Of a stretch of 64,000 nucleotides of DNA, positions 1-10,903 are shown piece by piece. Within the stretch, counting starts at the first letter, position 1. Every line of letters starts with the position of its first letter. A program made the translations under genes and the position numbers. The notes under the pieces are model-generated. The model was given only the letters and a program-made list of their open reading frames with translations, did not search any database and was not told where the DNA came from. The stretch lies in the NCBI GenBank assembly GCA_951406725.2, contig OX597819.1, positions 134,726,001 through 134,790,000 on the forward strand, in the 5' to 3' direction. The stretch comes from Octopus vulgaris (lineage: Eukaryota).

Positions 1-684
1 TCTCTGATGTTGTTGGATGCCATGAGAATTTCTCCAGAAGGAAGAGAGTATGGGAGTTTCAGAGCGTCCTCCCTTCCAAAGTGGATCAGTTCAAATTTGA
101 CTTCATTTAGCAACATGTTATTCTTTTCCGCCCATTGGACAACAGCCAGTAGGTCTGACTGAAGGTTTATTCGGTCATCCACGCCATTGATGACCTTCTG
201 GAGCTTGGAGTCATCAGCGAAGGTTCTGATGTTACTGTGTTTGATGGTATCAGTAATATCATTTATGTAGATGATGAAGAGAAGTGGGCCCAACACAGTG
301 CCTTGTGGGACACCACTGCTGACTTTGGCTGGGCTGGATTTGACTCCCTCGACTACAACATGTTGGGTTCTGTTAGACAGGAAGCACTTGATCCACTGCA
401 GCAACTTTCCAGTGACACCAATATTGGACAGCTTTCTCAGAAGGATCTTATGATCAACCCTGTCAAAGGCCTTGCTGAAATCAAGGTAGATGACATCAGT
501 GTTGGAACCTTCTCCCAAGGCTCTCAAAATGTCATCAAAATGATGCAGTAGCTGCGTCAGGCAATCTCTCTCATTACGGAATCCATGCTGGTTGGGGTTC
601 AGCATATTATGCCTCTCAAGGAAGTGAGTCATACGCGATCTCAGCACCCTCTCAAATACCTTGATGATATGAGAGGTGAGTGCG
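1..684 (-). mobile_element. CR1/L2-like LINE reverse-transcriptase fragment
   Basis: Minus strand reads [13 protein letters not shown]..., NQHGF, VIYLDFSKAFDRVDH, SGVPQGTVLGPLLF, TFADDSKL; it abuts a (TA)n tract. Confidence 0.85.
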
Positions 685-967
685 ATTATATATATATATA
701 GAAGGTCCTCTGGTATATATCCATATATATATATGTATATATATATGTATGTATTCTTTATTTAAAGCAGCAGAAAATTCAACAAAACCTGTTACTCTGA
801 GTTTCCCGTTGCCAACATATATATATATATATATATATGTGTATGTATATATATATGTATATATGTGTGTATATATATGTGTATGTATATATATATGTAT
901 ATATGTGTGTATATATATATATATGTATATATGTGTATATATATATATGTATGTATATATATATATA

Positions 968-3900
968 TTTATTATTATTTATTTATCTAGTTTCAGCTCA
1001 CAAGCTGTGGCCATGCTGGGGCACTGCCATTTGGTGTTGCTACATGATTTTACTTCACGAATGCTTTTTAGCAACTGCCATTTGGTGCATGAGAGAGTTC
1101 GATGCAGCTGCCCTCATCTGCACCTCCTGCCGTGAAGTTGGTTCATCTGGGATACCTGACAAGAAGAGATCCAGTTTCATTTTAAAGACATCTGCATCCA
1201 CCCCATGCAGGTTTCTTAGGTTCTTCTGGAGGATATTGAAGAGCTGTGCGCCTCGGAAGCCCAGGCTATCACAGTATCTTGTCCTACATCTTGATGGCAA
1301 ATTTGGAGTCCTTGGCACCACGCAGTGGCGCCCAGTTCTGGCATTTGTGTAACTCTCGATGCCAAAGTTTGGGGCAAGTCCTTCTCCAGGATCTTCCAGA
1401 TGTATATTATGGCATATCTTTCCCGCCTACGCTCCAAGGAATATAGTTTTAATCTCTTGAGTCTTTCCCAATAGCTTATATGCTGCACAGAGGCTGTCTT
1501 CTTCGTGTAGCTTCATTTGATCGCCTCAAGTTCTGTGATTAACTTGACACTGGATGGTGACCACAGCTGAGAGCAATAGTTAAAGTGGCTTAGGACAAGT
1601 GTCCTCCAAAGGACCATCATGGTTTCCTGCTCTCTTGTTCTGAAGGTTCTAAGCATCCATCCGGTCAGCCGCCTACATTTCATTGCCAATTTAGCAACAT
1701 GCACATGAAAGGTTGCATCATCACTCATGTGAATACCCAGGTCTCGCACTGATTGTGCCTCTGGGATTGCAGTCCCTCCAGGTCCAGTGTATTTATTGGG
1801 TATTGCATTTAGTTTTGCGTGCTGATAGCATAGAGCTTGAAACTTTTCAGCTTTGAACTGCATGCTATTCTTTTCAGCCCACTTGTATATTTTGTCCAGC
1901 TCACATTGCAGGTGCTTAGTGTCTTCAGGGTTCTGTATTGCCTGTGAAACTTTTGTATCATCTGCATAACTTGTGATCGTGGCTCTCTACGTGGCTGAGG
2001 GCATGTCTGAGAGGGCCATTATGAACAGTAGTGGTCCCAAAACAGTGCCCTGCGGAATACCGCTCACTATTTGCGTATTAGTGGAAGTGGCTCCATTGGC
2101 TACTACCACCTGACTTCTATCCTTCAGAAAGTCATGAAACCATTCTCCCAATTTTCCAACTATGCCAAGATCACGCAGTTTGTGACATATCATTTCCATG
2201 ATCGACTTTATCAAAAGCCTTTGCAAAGTCGAGATATATGACTTCCACATTTGAGTGGTTGAGCAGTCGTTTCAGCACCCAGTCATAGTGTTGTAGGAGC
2301 TGAGTTAAGCAGCTTCTTCCTGGTCAGAAACCATGGTGGGTGTCAGGCAGCAAGTTATTTTCTTCAAGGAAGGTGATTAGTTTTCTTCTGACTATTCGTT
2401 CCATGACCTTGCTGATGTGTGAGGTCAGAGAGATAGGTCTGTAGTTCTTGGCCTCCGCTCTGTTACCTCCTTTATGAATAGGGCATATTTTACCTTCCTT
2501 CAGTTTTCTTGGAAGTTTGCCAGCTGCAAGGAAGCTCTGAAAGAGGAACTGTAGTGGTCTTGCTAGGACTCTCTTACATACTTTTAGAAGGATTGCTGGG
2601 AATCCATCTGGGCCAGTAGCTGAGTTTGTTTTCATTTCATCAATAGCCTTTATTACATCGTCTTCCTTTATATCGATGTAATTTATCGTCGCCGCCTCTG
2701 ATTTTATATCTGCAGTGGTAAAGAAGTCAGTTGGATTGCTGACTTGAAAATGCCCAAGGGGTGGAGTGAAAACACTCTTGAATTGCTCATTTAGTATTTC
2801 ACTTACGCTCATTGGATTTCCTGTGAATGCACCATCCTTTTCAAGGAGTGGCCCTATCCTACAGTGCACCGTAGCTGTTTCTTTGGCATACCTGTAGAAA
2901 GCTCTGGGGTTAGATTTTATGTTGTCTATAGCCCAGGCTTCTTTGTCTGCTCTTTCTTTTTCATGAGAGAGTTGCAGACATTTTTCAATTTCCAACAGTT
3001 TTATTTTCAGGCGGGACTTTTCACTGCTTTCAATTTGTTTGTTTAGGCGATTTGAAACTTTTGTACGCCGTCTCATTAAAATTTTCCTCTCTCTGGGGAT
3101 TTTGTTCTTGTGTACAGTGGCCTTTCTCTCTGGGACACATTTGTAGCATATGGCTTGCATTACAGACATGAATTGTTGAAGTTTCACGTCGATGTCTGGC
3201 GAGGAGAGACATTCAGGCCAGTTTTGTTTGAGGATCTCTTTCTCAATTTGTTTCCAGTTTGCCTTATGGAAGTTCAAGCTGGAAAGATTCTGAGAGTTTC
3301 TTGTAGACTGCATGTCCATGCTTTCCTTTGGCCCGTATATGGTCAACTCTACCATGTTGTGATCCGAGAATAGTGTTTGTGTTACTTTCACATTATGGAT
3401 GAGATCCATATTATTTGTGAAGCAGAGATCCAGTATGTTACCTGCCCTGGTTGGTTGGAGTATTATTTGCTCCATGTACAGAGTATTGATGAGGTTCAGG
3501 AGGGACCTCGCCTGTCCTTGTTCACATCGTGTCATTCCTGGGAGAGAAAGGCCCTCGGGCCATCTGACATTGGGCAGATTGAAGTTTCCTATAAGAAGTA
3601 CACTTATGTGTTGTTCTAATGTGACTAGGGCTTATTCTATTTTTGTAAGGCAGTCTTCAAACTTGCCTACATGGCTTGGGGCATCTGGAGGGCGATATGT
3701 AGCACATATAACTACACCAAGTTGCCTTATATGTACAATTAGTGTGTCACACACCGAATTTGAGTATGACAAAAGGACCTGGGGTGTGAGGTCCTCGCGG
3801 ATGTACATGGCAACTCCACCATGACTCCTTTGTTTTCTGTCGGTCTTTAATACAACATACTGTGGTATGTGTATTTCTGCATCTGCTATGTCCGGTTTCA

Positions 3901-4052
3901 GGTGTGTTTCTGTAAGTGCTATGCATAAGGCTGGATTGCATGCAACAAGGTCTGTCGAGAAAGGGATTTTTGTCCTGTTACTGAGTGTTAGCAGTCCTCT
4001 GATGTTCAGTAGGAGCATCGAGGTGATGTGTATGCTGTTGCCAGTGGTGTCC
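968..4052 (-). mobile_element. CR1/L2-clade LINE, near-complete ORF2 (APE endonuclease + RT), disrupted, with 3' tail
   Basis: ORFs 3632-4054 (LLNIRGL, ALTETHL, GGVAMY, YRPP = APE), 2324-3535 (ILDLCF, SDH, SATGPDG, NYRPISLTS), 1987-2250 (GIPQGTVLGPLLF), 1513-1863, 1055-1321; 3' end GGCAGTGCCCCAGCATGGCCACAGC...GAAACTAGAT followed by AAAT/AAT repeats. Confidence 0.92.
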
Positions 4053-4084
4053 ATATATGTATATATATATATATATATATATAA

Positions 4085-4810
4085 CGTTAGGTCTCACCAT
4101 GGAAATGACTAGAGACCGAGACCTATGGAAGTATGCTGTGTGTGAGAAGACCCGGCAAGACTAGTGAAGCCATAACCCGTGGCCCCTACTTGGGACGTAG
4201 TCAGTCCACCTGTGCATACCTTCCTTCTTGTGACACTTGTGAAGACCTGTTGAGGCAAGTGAAAATCAAATCAAACCAAATCAAAATAGATGAACATCAA
4301 TGGAATTTGTATCCTTGTGGTACCAGTGCCGGTGGCACATAAGAAAACCATCCGAACGTGACCGTAGCCAGTACCGCATCGACTGGCCTCCGTGCTGTGG
4401 GCACGTAACAAACACCATCTGATCGTGGCCGTTCGCCAGCCTCGTCTGGCACCTGTGTCGGTGGCACATAAGAAAACACCATCCGAGCGTGGCCGTCTGG
4501 CACCTGTGTCGGTGGCACATAAAAAACACCATCCGAGCGTGGCCGTCTGGCACCTGTGTCGGTGGCACATAAAAAACACCATCCGAGCGTGGTCGTCTGC
4601 CAGCCTCGTCTGGCACCTGTGTCGGTGGCACATAAAACCAACCACTACACTCTCAGAGTGGTTGGCGTTAGGAAGGGCATCCAGCTGTAGAAACACTGCC
4701 AGATCTGACTGGCCTGGTGCAGCCTTCGGGCTTGCCAGAACCCAGTTGAACCATCCAATCCATGCTAGCATGGAGAACGGACGTTAAACGATGATGATGA
4801 TGATGATGAT
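4085..4810 (+). mobile_element. RTE-clade LINE 3' end (ORF C-terminus, repeat-containing 3' UTR, (GAT)n tail)
   Basis: Encodes TLGLTMEMTRDRDLWKYAV..KTRQD*; 3' UTR with GGTGGCAC..AAAA..CACC modules, GTTGGCGTTAGGAAGGGCATCCAGC box, ends GGACGTTAAAC(GAT)n. Confidence 0.85.
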
Positions 4811-4861
4811 GTGTATATATATATGTATATGTATATATATATATGTATACATATATGTATA

Positions 4862-5087
4862 CCAGAGTAAACACATAAATGTGAAACAAGGTGGAAAAAG
4901 AGCACTCAAATACCAGGGGTAGAGTAATATGCTTTATTTAAAAGCAGCAGAAATTCAACAAAACCTGTTACTCTGAGTTTCATGTTTCCGTTCGTCGGAC
5001 AGTTTTTGTTAGAATCTAGCAAAAACTGTCCGACAAACGGGAATGTGAGACTCAGGTTTTGTTGAATTTCTGCTGCTTTTAAATAAA
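4862..5087. mobile_element. Penelope-like element terminal-repeat fragment in inverted arrangement
   Basis: 4933-5012 and 5017-5087 are imperfect reverse complements; each carries a hammerhead-like motif; a partial third copy lies at about 757-812; all are flanked by (TA)n. Confidence 0.65.
4960..5007 (-). ncRNA. Minimal type I hammerhead ribozyme motif (Penelope-type)
   Basis: Minus strand AAAAACTGT-CCGACGA-ACGGAAACAT-GAAA-CTCAGAG-TA-ACAGGTTTT: stem I CTGT/ACAG, core CCGACGA (U4C variant), short stem II, near-palindromic stem III, GUA cleavage triplet. Confidence 0.65.
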
Positions 5088-5257
5088 TTATATATATGTA
5101 TATATATGTGTATATATATATATGTGTATATATATATGTGTATATATATATATGTGTATATATATATGTGTATATATATATGTGTATATATATATATGTG
5201 TATATATATATATATGTATATATGTATATATATATGTATATATATATATGTATATAC

Positions 5258-6272
5258 ATCATCATCATCATCGTTTAGCGTCTGCTTTCCATGCTGGCAT
5301 GGATTGGACGGTGCAACTGGGGTCTGTGAAGCCAGAAGGCTGCACTAGGCCCAGTCTGATCTGGTAATGTTTCTACGGCTGGATGCCCTTCCTAATGCCA
5401 ACCACTCCATGAGTGTAGTGGGTGCTTTTTATGTGCCACCGGCACAGGTGCCAGACGAGGCTGGCAAACGGCCACGATCGGATGGTGCTTTTAAGTGCCA
5501 CCGGCACAGAGGCCAGGCGAGGCTTGCAACGGCCATGATTGGATGGTGCTTTTTACGTGCCACCAGCACGGAAGCCAGTCGGGGTGGCGCTGGCAATGGC
5601 CACGTTTGGATGGTTCTCTTATGTGCCACCGGCACTGGTATCACAGCTACAATTTCCATTGATGTTGATCGATTTCGATTTTCACTTGCCTCAACAGGTC
5701 TTCACAAGTAGAGTTTTGTGTCCTAAGAAGGAAAGGTATGCATAAGTGGACTGAGGCCATGGGTGATGGTCTCACTTGTCCTGCCGGGTCCTCTCACGCA
5801 CAGCATACTTCCAATGGTCTCGGTCTCTAGTCATTTCCTCAGTGAGACCTAAAGTTCGAAGGTCATGCTTCACCACCTCATCCCAGGTTTTCCTGGGTCT
5901 ACCTCTTCCACAGGTTCCCTCAACTGCTAGGGTGTGACACTTTTTCACACAACTATCTTCATCCATTCTCACCACATGACCATACCAGCGCAATCGTCTC
6001 TCTTGCACACCACAACTGATGCTTCTTAGGTCCAGCTTTTCTCTCAAGGTACTTACACTCTGTTGAGTATGAACACTGACATTACACATCCATCGGAGCA
6101 TACTGGCTTCATTTCTTGCGAGCTTACGTATATCCTCAGCAGTCACGGCCCATGTTTCACTACCATGTAGCATGGCTGTATGTACACATGCATCATACAG
6201 TCTGCCTTTTACTCTGAGCGAGAGGCCTTTAGTCACCAGCAGAGGTAAGAGCTCTCTGAACTTTGCCCAAGC
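5258..6272 (-). mobile_element. RTE-clade LINE 3' portion
   Basis: C-terminal part of ORF 5772-6500: [12 protein letters not shown]...[18 protein letters not shown]...[11 protein letters not shown]...GRGRPRKTW; same 3' UTR as 4085-4810; tail seen as (CAT)n at 5258. Confidence 0.9.
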
Positions 6273-6591
6273 TATTATATAAATATATATATACATATGT
6301 ATATATATATATGTATATATATATGTATATACATATGTATATATATATATGTATATATATATGTATATACATATGTATATATAAATATGTATATACATAT
6401 GTATATATATATATGTATATACATATGTATATATATATATGTATATATATATGTATATACATATGTATATATATATATGTATATATATATGTATATACAT
6501 ATGTATATATATATATGTATATATATATATGTATATATATATATGTATATATATATATGTATATATACATATGTATATATATATATGTATA

Positions 6592-6680
6592 TGACCTCAG
6601 TAATTCTATGATGGACCGTGAAGTCTGGCATAGCATAGAAAATTCCATTGTCTCGACCAAGGTCGAACAATGATGATGAT
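6592..6680 (+). mobile_element. Short 3' end of a second RTE-like LINE family
   Basis: Closely matches 46213-46300 (DL.N.MMDREVW.....SIVST.VEQ* plus (TGA)n tail). Confidence 0.8.
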
Positions 6681-6685
6681 ATATG

Positions 6686-6716
<31 letters not shown>

Positions 6717-6847
6717 ATATTTATATGCATATATACATACACACACGCACACACTAAAGTCCACAAATTGCTGTGTAAATAAATATGAACAATAAAAAAT
6801 GGAAGGTTTGTAATAGGGAAGAAGAAGAAGTAGCAGGAATGCATTTG

Positions 6848-8186
6848 GTGTTGTGTATAGGGAATGTATAGGCTGAAGATGACCCATTAGCTGTTGTGTA
6901 TAGGGAATGTATAGGCTGAAGATGACACAGCTGTTGTGTATAGGGAATGTATAGGCTGAAGATGACACATTAGCTGTTGTGTATAGGGAATGTATAGGCT
7001 GAAGATGACCCATTAGCTGTTGTGTATAGGGAATGTATAGGCTGAAGATGACCCATTAGCTGTTGTGTATAGGGAATGTATAGGCTGAAGATGACCCATT
7101 AGCTGTTGTGTATAGGGAATGTATAGGCTGAAGATGACCCATTAGCTGTTGTGTATAGGGAATGTATAGGCTGAAGATGACCCATTAGCTGTTGTGTATA
7201 GGGAATGTATAGGCTGAAGATGACCCATTAGCTGTTGTGTATAGGGAATGTATAGGCTGAAGATGACCCATTAGCTGTTGTGTATAGGGAATGTATAGGC
7301 TGAAGATGACCCATTAGCTGTTGTGTATAGGGAATGTATAGGCTGAAGATGACCCATTAGCTGTTGTGTATAGGGAATGTATAGGCTGAAGATGACCCAT
7401 TAGCTGTTGTGTATAGGAAATGTATAGGCTGAAGATGACCCATTAGCTGTTGTGTATAGGGAATGTATAGGCTGAAGATGACCCATTAGCTGTTGTGTAT
7501 AAGGAATGTATAGGCTGAAGATGACCCATTAGCTGTTGTGTATAGGGAATGTATAGGCTGAAGATGACCCATTAGCTGTTGTGTATAGGGAATGTATAGG
7601 CTGAAGATGACCCATTAGCTGTTGTGTATAAGGAATGTATAGGCTGAAGATGACCCATTAGCTGTTGTGTATAGGGAATGTATAGGCTGAAGATGACACA
7701 TTAGCTGTTGTGTATAGGGAATGTATAGGCTGAAGATGACCCATTAGCTGTTGTGTATAGGGAATGTATAGGCTGAAGATGACCCATTAGCTGTTGTGTA
7801 TAAGGAATGTATAGGCTGAAGATGACCCATTAGCTGTTGTGTATAAGGAATGTATAGGCTGAAGATGACCCATTAGCTGTTGTGTATAGGGAATGTATAG
7901 GCTGAAGATGACCCATTAGCTGTTGTGTATAGGGAATGTATAGGCTGAAGATGACACATTAGCTGTTGTGTATAAGGAATGTATAGGCTGAAGATGACCC
8001 ATTAGCTGTTGTGTATAAGGAATGTATAGGCTGAAGATGACCCATTAGCTGTTGTGTATAGGGAATGTATAGGCTGAAGATGACACATTAGCTGTTGTGT
8101 ATAAGGAATGTATAGGCTGAAGATGACACATTAGCTGTTGTGTATAGGGAATGTATAGGCGGAAGATGACACATTAGCTGTTGTGT
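6848..8186. repeat. 43-bp minisatellite, about 31 copies
   Basis: Unit TTAGCTGTTGTGTATAGGGAATGTATAGGCTGAAGATGACCCA with period 43 (e.g. 6970 to 7013); few variants (GACACA, TAAGG). Confidence 0.97.
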
Positions 8187-8600
8187 TTGTGGATTTGAGA
8201 AAGTGGATGGGCTAAGTTTGCTGCGGAATGGGTTGAGAACATTGTTGTGTTAATCAAGAAAGCATTCCTTGAAGTAAGTCATTTGAAGAGAATATTCAAT
8301 GCTACCCTATACAACATTTTGTTGTAAAGTTTGTATAAATTATATTTTGATGATCAAGGTACAGTGGAAATGGTAAGTAGAGGGGCTGGTTATGGGTTTG
8401 AGAGGTGAAAAAACAGGTATTGCAACTGGGATGAAAGAGTAATTGAATGTTCTGGGCTGGATAATGTTTGAGGATGAGGGAACTCCTGAACAAAACTTGA
8501 AATTTTTGTCCTGTTTGTAGTAGAAGAGAAGACGTTGAAGTAAGATGAAGGTCATTTAGGGTGAGAAGTAGTGAAAAGGGCCATTTAAAAGGAAAGGTTG
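8187..8600 (-). mobile_element. Highly decayed Penelope-like (GIY-YIG region) relic
   Basis: Minus ORF 8302-8493 ends ...HQNIIYTNFTTKCCIG, resembling the NxIY...C..C...YIG GIY-YIG motif; weak. Confidence 0.4.
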
Positions 8601-8659
8601 AACAATGGAAGGGTATATATCTTGTGTTTTTGATTTGATGAAAATCTGTTTATTTTCAG

Positions 8660-8785
8660 ATGTAAATGAATGTAGCAATAATTCACCCAACAATTGTTCA
8701 CCAAATGCTGATTGTCACAACTTTGATGGTGGATACAACTGTAGTTGTAAGTCTGGCTTTACTGGAGATGGTGCAAGTTGTAAAG
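8660..8785 (+). CDS. Exon A of a mucin-like (EGF-NIDO-AMOP-VWD) gene: calcium-binding EGF domain
   Basis: Acceptor ttttcag|AT, donor AAAG|gtttgt; 126 nt, phase 1-1; translates [42 protein letters not shown] (6 Cys, D-x-N-E-C and C-x-N-x-x-G-x-Y-x-C cbEGF consensus). Confidence 0.93.
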
Positions 8786-10056
8786 GTTTGTATGATTTTA
8801 ATAACAAATCATCTTGCATTTTGAAGAATAAAAATAAGACATTGAAACATTTCTGAAAGGAACAGCATCAGATGGACGGTTAATGGATCAAAATAGTGTT
8901 GGAGATTCTGATAGTTTTATTCTCTTATTTCTCTTTATACTTCCTATTTCCATCCTTTTCCAAAATAACTCCTTATATTGAACTCTACTTGACTCTAGTT
9001 AACTCTCTTATATCGTCCCAGAAACAGCTGTAAGACTACCTTTCTCTTTATAAATGTCCTTACTGTTACACAATACATTCAGATGTTATTCACAACTAAT
9101 ACAACAAATGCTTATGCTTTAATTTACAATTAAAAAAAAACATTTTCTTTTAGTTTTATTTGGTTGTCATTTGGGATTTCAGTTTCATTCTTTTGTCAGC
9201 CAATAAGTAAAAGAAAAAAAAATCACCATTTTCTTGAAAATCTTTGAAAAATTACATAAAGAAAAATGTGATAAGTGCTTATTTGGAAACTCAGCCAAAT
9301 ATTTTTTTTAGCTGAAAAATGTTTTATCACTAGAAGCTTAAACTGAAACAGCATTCAAAATTTTCAAAACATAGGAAGAAATTTAAAAACATTATTCAAA
9401 CTTCTTATGCCATTTTGTAAAATTAGATCTTTGATATAAGAATATATGTTTTAAAAGTGAGCTTTGATTTTAGGGCCACCAATAATACGAAATGAAAACT
9501 AATGATTTTTGTGGGGGCCAATACAATAGTTTTAAAAATTCAAGAATGATATTTTTTGTGTTAGAAATCTGAGCTTTTGTTAAAATCTAAATGTTTTTAA
9601 GGTAAATGGAATGTAAATAGATTTTTCACCAATAAAGATATTCATCTGGTGAATATGTTTTTGAAAGTAATTCTCTTTAATTAGATATTTCTTATAAAAG
9701 AATTTTCCCATTTATTATCACACAAGCTTTCAGTCTTCCTCAATTATTAAAGCATTTGCTTTTTCAACTCATTTTAAATACATTCAATTTATACCAACTT
9801 TCTCTCTCTCGCATTGAGTCGAACCAGGGGCAGCTGATGAAGGGGAATATTCCTTGTATTGTTTGTCTTGTACCCTGTTTTTTCATTGTTAAAAAAAGTC
9901 CGTTTCCTTGTTTGTTTTTATGTTTTCGTTTCTCGTTGTGTTCTACATTTATTTGTGGTGTCCTGTACTCATATATATATATATATGCATATGTTTTATT
10001 TGTTAAATTGTTATTATATGACTGAGTGCCTCACGTTGTTTCTTATCCTCCAAGTA

Positions 10057-10101
<45 letters not shown>

Positions 10102-10105
10102 GTAT

Positions 10106-10475
10106 GTCATCATCATTTAACGTCCGTTTCCATGGGTTGGACAGTTTTGATTGAGGGCTGGCAACCAGACGGCTGCAGCAGGCTCCAATCTTGATCTGGC
10201 AGAGTTTCTACAGCTGGATGCCCTTCCTAATGCCAACCACTCCGAGTGTGTAGTGGGTGCTTTTTACGTGCCACCTGCACGGGGGCCAGTCAGGCGGTAC
10301 TGACAATGACCTCGCTCGAATCTTTTTACACGTGCCACCAACACAGATGCCAGTGAAGCAATGTTGGTAATGATCACACTCGAATGGTGCCCTTTTATGT
10401 GCCATGGGTACAGAAGCCAGTTGGCTGCTCTGGCAATGATCACAACGATCACGCTCGGAGGGTGTTCTTGGCACC
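10106..10475 (-). mobile_element. RTE LINE 3' UTR fragment
   Basis: (CAT)n tail, GGATGCCCTTCCTAATGCCAACC box and GTGCCAC modules as in 5258-5770. Confidence 0.8.
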
Positions 10476-10903
10476 CTACTAAGTAAATAGAGAGAAGAGA
10501 AGAGATATATACTTTAGGAGGAGAATGGTATTAGTCAAAAGAATAGGAGAGGAAAGAAGAAAAAAGGAAGAAAAATAAAAAAAAGGAATGCTAGATGGTG
10601 GTCAAGATATTGTGAGGGGGATGGGAGAGGAGAGTTATCATCATAAAAGGGATAGGAGGGAGGGATTGAAGGAAGAGATAAAAATGTAAGGAAGGAATAT
10701 GTGTGAGAAATGGAAGATGGGGTGATATATTTGAAAGGCACTAAGGTGGGGAGATGGGTAAAGAAATGGTACTGGGGTGGGGTACTAAAGTGAGTAGTAA
10801 ACCTGGTACAAAGTTAGCCTTGTCAAAACTTGAACCCAGAATGTAGCAATGGGCAAAATACCACTAAGCATTATGTTCACTACCTTAATAATAATAATAA
10901 TAA

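Noticed and set aside
4325-4640. Palindromic repeats with variable linkers resembling CRISPR repeat-spacer units
   Set aside because: The linkers are related to each other and the array is part of a dispersed RTE LINE 3' UTR.
6848-8186. 43-bp array as a CRISPR array or tandem hammerhead (it contains CTGAAGA)
   Set aside because: Units are head-to-tail with no unique spacers, there are no cas genes and the context is eukaryotic; there is no GAAA/stem III to complete a hammerhead.
9828-9870. Hammerhead candidate CTGATGA-AGGGGAATATTCCTT (similar at 22540-22575 on minus)
   Set aside because: The core 5' half and a stem II are present, but the GAAA and cleavage-site half is missing.
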